Positions 8,895 through 16,774 are shown, counted from the first letter of the stretch. The stretch: 24,000 bases of DNA from Tissierella praeacuta DSM 18095 (GCF_900128955.1 NZ_FQTY01000005.1:125856-149855), one strand, 5' to 3'. Made by a program: numbers and translations. The notes: generated from the letters alone by a model not told the origin.

Positions 8895-8909
8895 TGATAA
8901 TCGTTATCA
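8895..8909. promoter_or_regulatory. Fur box (7-1-7)
   Basis: TGATAAT-C-GTTATCA differs from the TGATAATnATTATCA consensus at one position. The extended 19-mer GATAATCGTTATCATTATG matches 15 of 19 positions of the classical Fur box. Confidence 0.75.
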
Positions 8910-8947
8910 TTATGGCTTATTTTGTATAAAATGGAAGGATGATATTT

Positions 8948-9172
8948 ATGAGCACTTTATCTTTAGTTTCTTTAAAGCCTAATGAATGTGGAAGAATTAA
9001 GGAAATCTCAGGATGCTGTAAGGCTAAAAAAAGGTTGTACGAGCTTGGTCTCCATAAAAATGCCTATGTTAAAGTTATAAAAAATGATTTTGGTCCTCTA
9101 ATCATTAGTTTATCCGGTAATAAATTGGCTCTAGGTCGCGGGTTAGCCTGTCATATTATAGTTGAGCGTTAA
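8948..9172 (+). CDS. feoA: Ferrous iron transport protein A (FeoA)
   Basis: 74-aa SH3-like FeoA-sized protein directly upstream of feoB. GGAAGGA RBS before the ATG at 8948; the track start at 8939 overlaps the RBS. Confidence 0.8.
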   Translation: MSTLSLVSLKPNECGRIKEISGCCKAKKRLYELGLHKNAYVKVIKNDFGPLIISLSGNKLALGRGLACHIIVER

Positions 9173-9187
9173 TTTTTTGTTATTAGT

Positions 9188-9202
9188 TGATAATGGCTAT
9201 CA
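9188..9202. promoter_or_regulatory. Second, weaker Fur-box-like site between feoA and feoB
   Basis: TGATAAT-G-GCTATCA, two mismatches to the 7-1-7 consensus. Confidence 0.45.
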
Positions 9203-9222
9203 TTTATAAAGGGGGAATTTTT

Positions 9223-11217
9223 TTGAATACCATTGCTCTTGTAGGTAATCCTAATAGTGGAAAAACTACATTGTTTAATGCTCTAACTGGTTCCAATCAA
9301 CATGTTGGCAATTGGCCCGGAGTTACTGTTGAAAAAAAAGAAGGAAAATTTAAATATAAAGGAAATCACTATAATGTCGTCGACTTGCCGGGAACTTATA
9401 GCCTTGGAGCTTATTCAGAAGATGAAGTAGTTGCTCGTGACTATATACTTAAAGGAAATCCAGATATTGTAATTAATGTAGTTGATGCTACTAATATAGA
9501 AAGAAATTTATATTTAACAACACAATTAATCGAAATGGGTGCAAAGGTTATTATAGCACTTAATATGATGGATGAAGCCAAGCAAAAAAATATTGAAATT
9601 GATTTAGAAAAATTATCTAAAGAGCTAGGAGTTCCAATAATCCCTACTGTAGCTTCCAAATCTAAGGGGTTAGATATGCTAATAGAAAAATCTATTCAAT
9701 ATGCGGAAAATAAAGAAAATCCTAATTTGAAATTTAGTTATGGAGAGGACATTGATAAAGAAATTGAAGATATAAACTCAATGCTTAGTAATTCAAACTT
9801 AGAATACCCTGGCAAGTGGGTGGCAATAAAACTCTTAGAGGGTGATAAGGAAGTCTATAGACTTATAGAGAATAAAGGTACTGCACCTATTAAAGAAAGA
9901 TTAATATCATTAGAGGAAAAGTCCACAGAATATGAATTACAAATTGTAGATAAAAGATATGATTTTATAAACACTATTGTAAATAAGACTGTGAAAAAAC
10001 CATCTGATACAGTAGAAACTCCAACTGATAAAATAGATAAGATTATTACACATAAATATTTAGGACTTCCTATATTTGCTTTAATTATGTTTACCATATT
10101 TCAACTTACATTTGTTCTTGGTCAAGATATACTTGGTGGATATGTAGCAACTATTGTGGAAACCATTGGAGAATATGTAGTTAATCTATTAGTTATGATA
10201 AATGCTCCTGAATGGGTGCAATCTTTTATTTCTGAAGGTATATTTGCTGGGGTTGGTGCTGTATTTGAATTTGTTCCTCTCATTACAGTATTATATTTTT
10301 TTATAGGTATATTAGAGGATACAGGTTATATGGCTAGAGCTGCTTATGTAATGGATGGATTGATGAGAACCCTTGGTCTTCATGGTAAAACTTTTATTTC
10401 CATGATAGTAGGCTTTGGATGTAATGTCCCTGGAATAATGTCTGCTAGAACCTTAGATAATAAAAAGGATAAAATGATTGCTATTCTTATTAATCCATTT
10501 ATGTCTTGTGGAGCAAGATTACCTATTTATTTAGTGTTTATTGCTGCGTTTTTCCCTAAACATGGGGGAATAGTATTGTTTTCTCTTTATACTCTCGGTA
10601 TTATAATGGCTTTATTAGTTGGTAAAATATTTTCAAAAACACTATTTAAAGGTGAATCTTCACATTTTATTATGGAACTACCTCCTTATAGACTACCTAT
10701 ATTTAAGTATGTTATAAGGGATATGTGGGATAAGGTATGGGATTTCTTATATAGAGCTGGAACTATTATATTTGTTGTAGTTTCTCTACTTTGGGTTTTA
10801 TCTGTATTGCCATTTGGAGTAGAACCCTATAGTCAAGAAAGTATTTTAGGTAAAATAGGTACTATTTTAGCTCCTATATTTATACCTGCTGGATTTGGTA
10901 CTTGGCAAGCTACAGTTAGTTTGTTTGCAGGTATAGCAGCTAAGGAAGCTGTAGTAGCTGTTCTAGGTATGGTTTATGCTGGAGTATCTGAAGGTTCTCA
11001 GCTAGTTAGTGCTTTACAAAATGTATTTACTCCTCTTACTGCTATATCTTTTATGGTAATGGTACTTTTATACACACCCTGTGCCGCAGTAATAGGTACT
11101 GTAAAAAAGGAAACTAATTCTACTAAATGGGCAGTATTTATGACAGTTTATCCTTTTATAATAGGTTGGATATCCTCTGTACTTGTTTACCAAGTTGGTA
11201 GATTATTAGGTTTTTAG
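9223..11217 (+). CDS. feoB: Ferrous iron transporter FeoB (G-domain plus membrane domain)
   Basis: G1 GNPNSGKTTLFNALTG, G3 DLPGTYSL, G4 NMMDEA, followed by a long polytopic C-terminal domain. Probable TTG start at 9223 after an AAAGGGGGA RBS; the track ORF begins at 9187. Confidence 0.9.
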   Translation: MNTIALVGNPNSGKTTLFNALTGSNQHVGNWPGVTVEKKEGKFKYKGNHYNVVDLPGTYSLGAYSEDEVVARDYILKGNPDIVINVVDATNIERNLYLTTQLIEMGAKVIIALNMMDEAKQKNIEIDLEKLSKELGVPIIPTVASKSKGLDMLIEKSIQYAENKENPNLKFSYGEDIDKEIEDINSMLSNSNLEYPGKWVAIKLLEGDKEVYRLIENKGTAPIKERLISLEEKSTEYELQIVDKRYDFINTIVNKTVKKPSDTVETPTDKIDKIITHKYLGLPIFALIMFTIFQLTFVLGQDILGGYVATIVETIGEYVVNLLVMINAPEWVQSFISEGIFAGVGAVFEFVPLITVLYFFIGILEDTGYMARAAYVMDGLMRTLGLHGKTFISMIVGFGCNVPGIMSARTLDNKKDKMIAILINPFMSCGARLPIYLVFIAAFFPKHGGIVLFSLYTLGIIMALLVGKIFSKTLFKGESSHFIMELPPYRLPIFKYVIRDMWDKVWDFLYRAGTIIFVVVSLLWVLSVLPFGVEPYSQESILGKIGTILAPIFIPAGFGTWQATVSLFAGIAAKEAVVAVLGMVYAGVSEGSQLVSALQNVFTPLTAISFMVMVLLYTPCAAVIGTVKKETNSTKWAVFMTVYPFIIGWISSVLVYQVGRLLGF

Positions 11218-11228
11218 GAGGGAATTTA

Positions 11229-11489
11229 ATGCTTAGGGACGTCTTAAAAGAAATATCTAATGCTAAAGTATTTTCTGTTTCTTTGATAGCAAAAAAGTTA
11301 AATATATCTGAAACTTTAGTTGAAGATGCAGTAAAAGAATTATCTAGAATGAATTACATTATAGAAGATATGGGTTCCCCTACTTGTGAAACAAAATGCA
11401 GCGGATGCTCAATGAAAGCTTTTTGCAATACAGTCCCAATAAAAACCATTAGTTTAACAGATAAGGGAATGAAGTTGTTAAAACATTAA
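11229..11489 (+). CDS. FeoC-like small winged-helix protein with a C-terminal Cys cluster
   Basis: 86 aa, AGGAGGG RBS, placed immediately after feoB. It has an HTH-like N-terminal half and a CETKCSGCSMKAFC cysteine cluster. Confidence 0.55.
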   Translation: MLRDVLKEISNAKVFSVSLIAKKLNISETLVEDAVKELSRMNYIIEDMGSPTCETKCSGCSMKAFCNTVPIKTISLTDKGMKLLKH

Positions 11490-11520
11490 TATAACTTTTT
11501 GTAATTTTTCAATATTTTAC

Positions 11521-11549
11521 TTGACTAACTTGTTAAAGCGATGTATAAT
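11521..11549 (+). promoter_or_regulatory. Near-consensus SigA promoter starting a ~290-nt non-coding transcript/leader
   Basis: TTGACT-17 nt-TATAAT. No credible ORF follows before the terminator at 11796-11840. Confidence 0.6.
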
Positions 11550-11795
11550 TAATTTAAATAAAACTTTAACTTTTCCACCCTAAAGATTTAAAAAATTTGA
11601 TAGTTTATTTTATTAGTAAGGATTGGAAAAACAATAGTTAGTTTGTAGTATAATAAAAAAGTATTCTGTGTAGTAAAATGTAGAAACCTTTTAAACCCTC
11701 ATTAAATCAACGTAAGGAGTGTATCAGAAGATTGAATTTAGTAGTTGAATTAAATCAATCAGGTTGGAAAGGTTGTAAAAAGTTTTATTTTAAAT

Positions 11796-11840
11796 AATAG
11801 GTAGTTTCTAGAGATATTAGAGACTACCTATTTATTTTTT
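11796..11840 (+). terminator. Intrinsic terminator inside the feoC-pncB intergenic region (leader attenuator or sRNA 3' end)
   Basis: AATAGGTAGTTTCTA-gagatat-TAGAGACTACCTATT forms a 15-bp stem with one G-U pair, followed by TATTTTTT. Confidence 0.75.
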
Positions 11841-11853
11841 GTTATTTCCTTTG

Positions 11854-11882
11854 TTGAACTTTCTTTGCTATAGGTCTATAAT
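11854..11882 (+). promoter_or_regulatory. Proximal promoter-like element before pncB
   Basis: TTGAAC-17 nt-TATAAT, about 30 nt upstream of the pncB RBS. It could be a chance match in AT-rich DNA. Confidence 0.4.
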
Positions 11883-11914
11883 TAGAGTAACAATATATAA
11901 AAAGGAGACTACCG

Positions 11915-13369
11915 ATGATAAGCTTAGATTGGAAAGAGAGAAAAAATCTTACTATGTTAGCAGATTTCTATGAATTCACTATGGCCAACGGATATCTAGA
12001 AAATAACATGGAAAATCAAATTGGATATTTTGACATGTTTTTTAGGAGTATACCAGATGATGGTGGATTTGCTATTATGGCTGGTGTTGAGCAATTAATA
12101 GAATATCTAAGAAATCTTAAGTTCAATGAGGAGGACATTGCCTATTTTGAATCCAAGAAAATTTTTGGAGAAAAGTTTTTAAACTATTTAAGAAATTTTA
12201 AGTTTAAATGCGATGTATGGGCAATTCCAGAAGGTACTCCCATATTTCCTCAAGAACCTATAGTAATTGTAAGAGGACCTGTAGTTCAAGCTCAACTTAT
12301 AGAAACCATGGTTCTTCTAACTATAAACCATCAAAGTTTAATTGCTACTAAAGCTAATAGAATAGTTAGGGCTGCAAATGGAAGAACTGTAATGGAATTT
12401 GGTTCTAGACGTGCTCAGGGTTATGAAGGTGCTATCCTTGGTGCTAGAGCTGCTTATATTGGCGGATGTATCGGAACCGCTAATACCATAGTGGATAGGG
12501 ATTTTAATATTCCAGCATTGGGAACTATGGCTCATAGCTGGGTACAAATGTTTCCTACTGAATTAGATGCTTTTAGGGCATACGCTAAGATTTATCCAGA
12601 TAACTGTACTCTTCTAGTCGATACTTACAATACCTTAAAAGAAGGCATTCCAAATGCAATAACAGTATTTAATGAGGAAATTGTACCATTAGGATTTAGA
12701 CCAAAGGGAATTAGAATAGATAGCGGAGATATTGCTTATCTATCTAAGGAAGCCCGCAAAATGCTTGATGAAGCTGGATTCCCTGATTGCATGATTGTAG
12801 CATCATCCAGTTTAGATGAATATGTTATAAGAGATTTATTAATCCAAGGTGCACAAATTGATTCTTTTGGCGTTGGTGAAAGACTTATAACTGCAAAATC
12901 TCAACCTGTTTTTGGCGGGGTCTATAAATTAACTACAATAGAAAAGGACGGAAAACTTATACCAACAATTAAAGTTAGTGAAAATGTAGGTAAAATAACT
13001 ACACCAGGATTTAAACAAGTTTATAGATTATTCGACAAAGCAACAAATAAAGCTATTGCTGATGTCATTACTTTACATGATGAAATCATTGATGACACTA
13101 AGCCCTATGAAATCTTCCACCCTTTATATACATGGAAGAGAAAGACCTTAGAAAATTTTTATTCTAAGAAACTATTAGTAAAAATCTTTGAAGATGGACA
13201 TTGTATTTATGAAAACCCTACTATTCATGAAATAAAATCTTACTGCAAAGACCAATTAGATTTAATGTGGGATGAAGTCAAGAGATTTGAAAGACCCCAT
13301 AGATATTTCGTAGACTTATCTCAGAAACTATGGAATATTAAGGATGAATTATTAAAGAAACATAAATAA
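11915..13369 (+). CDS. pncB: Nicotinate phosphoribosyltransferase
   Basis: 484 aa. The N-terminal LTMLADFYEFTMANGY block, FGSRRAQG, and GTMAHSWVQ are typical of the class II NAPRTase family. AAAGGAG RBS. Confidence 0.85.
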   Translation: MISLDWKERKNLTMLADFYEFTMANGYLENNMENQIGYFDMFFRSIPDDGGFAIMAGVEQLIEYLRNLKFNEEDIAYFESKKIFGEKFLNYLRNFKFKCDVWAIPEGTPIFPQEPIVIVRGPVVQAQLIETMVLLTINHQSLIATKANRIVRAANGRTVMEFGSRRAQGYEGAILGARAAYIGGCIGTANTIVDRDFNIPALGTMAHSWVQMFPTELDAFRAYAKIYPDNCTLLVDTYNTLKEGIPNAITVFNEEIVPLGFRPKGIRIDSGDIAYLSKEARKMLDEAGFPDCMIVASSSLDEYVIRDLLIQGAQIDSFGVGERLITAKSQPVFGGVYKLTTIEKDGKLIPTIKVSENVGKITTPGFKQVYRLFDKATNKAIADVITLHDEIIDDTKPYEIFHPLYTWKRKTLENFYSKKLLVKIFEDGHCIYENPTIHEIKSYCKDQLDLMWDEVKRFERPHRYFVDLSQKLWNIKDELLKKHK

Positions 13370-13380
13370 GTGTAAATAAT

Positions 13381-13418
13381 AAGTGCTATTTTTGATATCA
13401 AATACAAAAATAGCACTT
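13381..13418. terminator. Bidirectional terminator between the convergent pncB and the 194-aa ORF
   Basis: AAGTGCTATTTTT-12-nt loop-AAAAATAGCACTT, with A/T runs on both sides. Confidence 0.75.
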
Positions 13419-13419
13419 A

Positions 13420-14004
13420 TTATTTTTCTAAAATATATCTGGTTATATCAATATTTTTACTATCAAAAAAAGTAGTTTTGGGGAATTCCATATTCTTATC
13501 TTTAAACCTATTTACAATCAAATAATAATCTTTTTGGGATATATCTTCTTTTTTAACAATATCTCCAAAATCTAATTCAAAATGTGAAATTCTCCTATTA
13601 TTATTTTTCCCATAAACAATATATAATTGATGCTTATCCTTACAAGCATCAGTGATATAATAAATATTAAATAAATATGGAGAAGCTTTATTTGCTGCAA
13701 GTCTGATATACTTATTTATAAATACCTTTTCATATATAACTAACCCAATTTCATTTGAATTCTTTATAGAATAAATTACATATAAATATTTTTTATCATG
13801 ATCATCATAAATAAATTCCTTTATTTCTATAGGTCTCCCCTCTTTTAATTCAATATCCAAAGCTAAGTTTTCATATTTTATTGGAGGAGTTGAAAATAAA
13901 TATTTACTACTAACTTTATATATAATAGACATCCATATGAATAAAATAATAAATAGCACAAAAATATATCTCAAATTTTCATTGATACGATCCAAAACAT
14001 ACAC
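13420..14004 (-). CDS. Hypothetical membrane-anchored protein
   Basis: 194-aa ORF with one N-terminal TM helix (YIFVLFIILFIWMSIIY) and no recognisable motifs. The start codon is ambiguous (GTG, ATG or TTG within 13990-14004, after AGAGG). Confidence 0.5.
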   Translation of the reverse strand: MYVLDRINENLRYIFVLFIILFIWMSIIYKVSSKYLFSTPPIKYENLALDIELKEGRPIEIKEFIYDDHDKKYLYVIYSIKNSNEIGLVIYEKVFINKYIRLAANKASPYLFNIYYITDACKDKHQLYIVYGKNNNRRISHFELDFGDIVKKEDISQKDYYLIVNRFKDKNMEFPKTTFFDSKNIDITRYILEK

Positions 14005-14247
14005 CTCTTTTTTTGCTAAATCAATAGAATAGGAAGAAACAATATTTTATCTATAAGTTCATTCTACATTATTAGAAGTTATTTAATATGAGTTCAAAAG
14101 ATATTAATTTTAGATCCGTTTTTATATTAATTAAATATAGTGCTTTAAAACCTCAATGCTATTAATAAAAAATATATATAATATAGGACATATAACTTTA
14201 AAAAATCACCACTTTAACAATTGCATCTTAATAATAAAATGAAAATT

Positions 14248-14291
14248 AAAAACACTGGTTTTCAGATTAGTTCTGAAAACCAGTGTTTTTT
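14248..14291. terminator. Bidirectional intrinsic terminator downstream of agrD
   Basis: AAAAACACTGGTTTTCAGA-ttagt-TCTGAAAACCAGTGTTTTT is a 19-bp perfect stem with A/T runs on both sides. Confidence 0.8.
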
Positions 14292-14440
14292 GATTTAATG
14301 GATTTGAACAGATTAAATAATCTGGCTACTAGGTTTTCATTGAAAAAGTCAAATTATTAACCTTTATTATATTGTTAATGCAAATCTGTAGAAATTAATT
14401 ATGTTTGATATTAAAAAGTAATCTTTCCAAAACTCTTGTC

Positions 14441-14548
14441 TTATTTCTTTAGAGCCTTAGGTGCCTTAGGTTCATAATATAAAAATGCAGAAATTGTGTT
14501 TGGAGATTCCTCTGCAACTTTTTTTGCTACCTTGCTTATTTTCTCCAT
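14441..14548 (-). CDS. agrD: AgrD-type autoinducing-peptide precursor (35 aa, no cysteine)
   Basis: Hand translation gives MEKISKVAKKVAEESPNTISAFLYYEPKAPKALKK. It starts 4 nt after the agrB stop, has an amphipathic N-terminus, and ends in an EPxxPKxL-type charged tail as in clostridial AgrD. Not in the ORF track because it is too short. Confidence 0.7.
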   Translation of the reverse strand: MEKISKVAKKVAEESPNTISAFLYYEPKAPKALKK

Positions 14549-14552
14549 CCCT

Positions 14553-15161
14553 TTACTTAAAACTTTCTTCATATCCATCTTCCTCCCCTTTAGTTTTATT
14601 ATTAATACTTAATGCCACTATCATTAAAGAACTACTAATGGCAAAGAAGTAATTAATTTCATTTACTAAGCCTAGTACTGTTAATATATGGCATATGGTT
14701 GCTAAAGCCAAGATAACACTTAACCATTTATCCTTTTTCGTATTGCTTTTATTTATAATCTCTTGATTTACAATTCTATTTTTATGTACTGTAGGTTTAG
14801 AGAGATAAATTTTTATAGTAGCATAAATAATAAATATTATTCCTATAATTTCTTTTAAATTCTGATTCAGCCATTTTTCTAAAAACACTATAATAATAAA
14901 ATTTATACTTGTAACAGATAAACATCCTAAATATGTCTTACTATGATAGCCTCCAACATTTCTCCTAAGTAAAATCAGTGTACCTAGGTAAATCACAGCA
15001 GATACTGCTTGTCCCATAATAATTCCAATCAATATAACAATTAGAGATGTTAAGATACTAGTTCCTATTATTTTCATTCCATAAAATATTATTTCAGCTT
15101 CATCTTCATCCATTGTGGATTGTGAAAAACAATATCTAATAAACTGATTTATCACTTTCAA
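14553..15161 (-). CDS. agrB: AgrB-family AgrD-processing membrane endopeptidase
   Basis: 202-aa polytopic protein with RRNVGGYHSKTYLGC. The His and Cys are spaced 7 residues apart, as for the catalytic H77/C84 of S. aureus AgrB. Start is the TTG at 15161 or the GTG at 15155. Confidence 0.85.
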   Translation of the reverse strand: MKVINQFIRYCFSQSTMDEDEAEIIFYGMKIIGTSILTSLIVILIGIIMGQAVSAVIYLGTLILLRRNVGGYHSKTYLGCLSVTSINFIIIVFLEKWLNQNLKEIIGIIFIIYATIKIYLSKPTVHKNRIVNQEIINKSNTKKDKWLSVILALATICHILTVLGLVNEINYFFAISSSLMIVALSINNKTKGEEDGYEESFK

Positions 15162-15265
15162 TCCTAACCCCTTTCTCTTACAATAATTATAACAAGTAAA
15201 TTTTTAAATAGTTAAAAATTGGAGTAAGTGGTCTTTTTTTGGATTGAACGGTTATTTAAGAGTGA
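15110..15265. repeat. agr divergent-promoter segment, copy 1 (agrB 5' end, promoter and conserved 50-bp core at 15204-15253)
   Basis: 156 bp that differ at only 2 positions from 16203-16358. The core TTAAATAGTTAAAAATTGGAGTAAGTGGTCTTTTTTTGGATTGAACGGTT recurs at 20892-20941. The minus-strand promoter TTAACT-18-TATAAT spans 15186-15215. The imperfect direct repeat ACCGTTCAA-N11-ACCACTTAC (minus strand) is a candidate LytTR box pair. Confidence 0.8.
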
Positions 15266-15440
15266 ATACCATAAATAACACAATAAAATCTTATGTGAAT
15301 TGCAGTGGAAAGAAAAGATATATTTATTTAAAATTACATCCTCATAAAAATTCCCTACGTAATAAAACAAAAACATATATATGCCTGTTAATAATAATTT
15401 CCTTAATAAAATCAAAAGCAATGTATTTCCTCTAGACATT
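15244..15440 (+). pseudogene. Decayed fragment of an AgrC-like histidine kinase (N-box/ATPase region)
   Basis: The frame reads ..NTINNTIKSYVNCSGKKRYIYLKLHPHKNSLRNKTKTY.., which parallels LFNTIDNAIEACLNYSGKNKYIYLELYPDGNFLCYKIKNTY of the intact kinase (22.69-22.81 kb). There is no N-terminal domain or H-box, and it is fused directly to the promoter repeat. Confidence 0.65.
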
Positions 15441-15526
15441 GCTTCAGTATAATAGAATATATTATAAATAAATATATTGGATTTATGAATAACTCGATTG
15501 TTATTGTTCTTTTTAACTCCTCCTAT

Positions 15527-15913
15527 TTATTGTTTATAAATTTTTCCTTCAAATGTTGCTAAATAGTACCCCGTTATGGGGTCTATAGTTATGCTTCCTA
15601 CTCGTGCAAGTACTCCTGACCACCAGTACCCATCTGTGTATTCACTGTATTCTACAGCTGCAGGAATATTATTCTTTGAAGAATATCTTTTTTGTATACT
15701 TATAAATTTTCCTCCAAAAAGCGGTTCAGGATTAGCTTTTATATATTCCTCATACTCCTCCTGTGAAAGATTAGGTGAATGTTTTATTGAATCCTGTGTA
15801 TATTGTCCCTCACTTTGTCTATTAAAGTTGTTTTCAGCAAATATTGTATTGTAAGAAAAAAGTACAGACAAAAGAATCATCATTGATAGACAAGTACCTA
15901 ATTTTCTTTTCAT
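15527..15913 (-). CDS. Secreted hypothetical protein (signal peptide)
   Basis: 128 aa. The N-terminal MKRKLGTCLSMMILLSVLFSYNTIFA looks like a Sec signal. GGAGG RBS. Family not recognisable. It lies downstream of agr promoter copy 2. Confidence 0.65.
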   Translation of the reverse strand: MKRKLGTCLSMMILLSVLFSYNTIFAENNFNRQSEGQYTQDSIKHSPNLSQEEYEEYIKANPEPLFGGKFISIQKRYSSKNNIPAAVEYSEYTDGYWWSGVLARVGSITIDPITGYYLATFEGKIYKQ

Positions 15914-15989
15914 ACCATTTACCTCCTTCTATTTTTGTTGTTCTTTTTATACCATATATGTCTGCTTTTTATTACTGATTTTTCATTCT

Positions 15990-16088
15990 TTACCAATGAT
16001 TTATGGTGGTATTTACAAGGAAAAATGTAAATTCTATATTTGTTGACCCTTCTGTATTCTTCTTTACTTCATTACTTATTTTCTCCAT
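15990..16088 (-). CDS. AgrD-related small peptide (32 aa), divergent and possibly decayed
   Basis: Hand translation gives MEKISNEVKKNTEGSTNIEFTFFLVNTTINHW. It shares MEKIS..KK with AgrD and the same junction sequence (TTATTTTCTCCATCC), but lacks the EP-type tail and any Cys. Confidence 0.35.
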   Translation of the reverse strand: MEKISNEVKKNTEGSTNIEFTFFLVNTTINHW

Positions 16089-16254
16089 CCCTCCCACTAC
16101 TGTTGATACATGACATATTGTTGCTAAAGCTAGGATAATACTTAGCCATATATCCTTTTTTGTATTACTTTTATTTATAATTTCTTTTAAATTCTGATTC
16201 AGCCATTGTGGATTGTGAAAAACAATATCTAATAAACTGATTTATCACTTTCAA
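16089..16254 (-). pseudogene. agrB remnant, copy 2 (5' end plus patches, internally deleted)
   Basis: The first ~17 codons are identical to agrB (MKVINQFIRYCFSQSTM). The sequence then jumps to patches matching agrB 14.69-14.88 kb. The reading frame stops after ~27 codons. Confidence 0.8.
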
Positions 16255-16358
16255 TCCTAACCCCTTTCTCTTACAATAATTATAACAAGTAGATTTTTAA
16301 ATAGTTAAAAATTGGAGTAAGTGGTCTTTTTTTGGATTGAAGGGTTATTTAAGAGTGA
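16203..16358. repeat. agr divergent-promoter segment, copy 2
   Basis: 154 of 156 positions identical to 15110-15265. TTAACT-18-TATAAT is retained (16279-16308, minus strand). Confidence 0.85.
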
Positions 16359-16438
16359 TATTCTCAATATAGTTATGAATAAAATAAGGTACATACATAA
16401 CTCCATATGAGTACTCATATATACATCTGCTTATATTA

Positions 16439-16465
16439 GAAAAAAAGAGGGCTGTTTAACCCTCG
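16439..16465 (-). terminator. Intrinsic terminator ending the RiPP-like operon
   Basis: Minus strand reads GAGGGTtaaacaGCCCTC followed by TTTTTTT, 9 nt after the stop of precursor C. Confidence 0.7.
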
Positions 16466-16473
16466 ATAATCAG

Positions 16474-16638
16474 TTATTCAACTAAACATGGTACTCCACC
16501 ACAATTACAGCCACAACCACATCCACAGCCACTCCCAGAACTACAACCACGTCCGCAGGAACATCCTTGTACACAGCCTGCACCACATCCTGCAACTATC
16601 AAATCTCTTAAACTTCTCTCATCTCTTAAAATTTCCAT
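16474..16638 (-). CDS. Cys/Gly-rich precursor peptide C (54 aa, 11 Cys)
   Basis: Hand translation gives MEILRDERSLRDLIVAGCGAGCVQGCSCGRGCSSGSGCGCGCGCNCGGVPCLVE. GGGGAGGA RBS 8 nt upstream. The N-terminus is shared with the other two peptides. Not in the ORF track. Confidence 0.75.
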   Translation of the reverse strand: MEILRDERSLRDLIVAGCGAGCVQGCSCGRGCSSGSGCGCGCGCNCGGVPCLVE

Positions 16639-16774
16639 AATCTTATTCCTCCCCTCATATAATATATATCACTATTCCCATGGGGTAATAATACAGGTAG
16701 ATGTTGTGATTTCCTTTTTCCACCAAACCAACCAAGTAATTACTCATATCATAGGAATTAGAGATGTCTTCATT

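Noticed and set aside
8939-9222. Longer starts proposed by the ORF track for feoA (8939) and feoB (9187)
   Set aside because: The upstream codons overlap the RBS (feoA) or the Fur-like box and RBS (feoB). Starts at 8948 (ATG) and 9223 (TTG) have properly spaced Shine-Dalgarno sequences and give canonical N-termini (the FeoB G1 motif begins at residue 8).
11575-11581. AGGGTGG (minus strand), reminiscent of the T-box core, in the feoC-pncB intergenic region
   Set aside because: It lacks the adjoining ACCGCG part of the T-box sequence. It lies on the strand opposite to pncB with no downstream minus-strand gene, and no specifier-loop or Stem I features were seen.
11742-11807. TTG-initiated 21-codon ORF (LNLVVELNQSGWKGCKKFYFK) inside the pncB leader
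   Set aside because: The only Shine-Dalgarno-like sequence (AAGGAG, 11714-11719) is about 22 nt away, too far to serve it. The region is better explained as structured RNA.
14297-14359. 20-codon ORF MDLNRLNNLATRFSLKKSNY just downstream of the 14248-14291 hairpin on the plus strand
   Set aside because: It has no RBS, lies directly after a strong bidirectional terminator, and has no partner genes. It is probably a chance ORF.
15212-15439. 75-aa minus-strand ORF (MSRGNTLLLILLRK...)
   Set aside because: It lies antisense to the kinase-gene remnant and overlaps the conserved promoter core. It has no RBS and no recognisable features, so it is most likely spurious.
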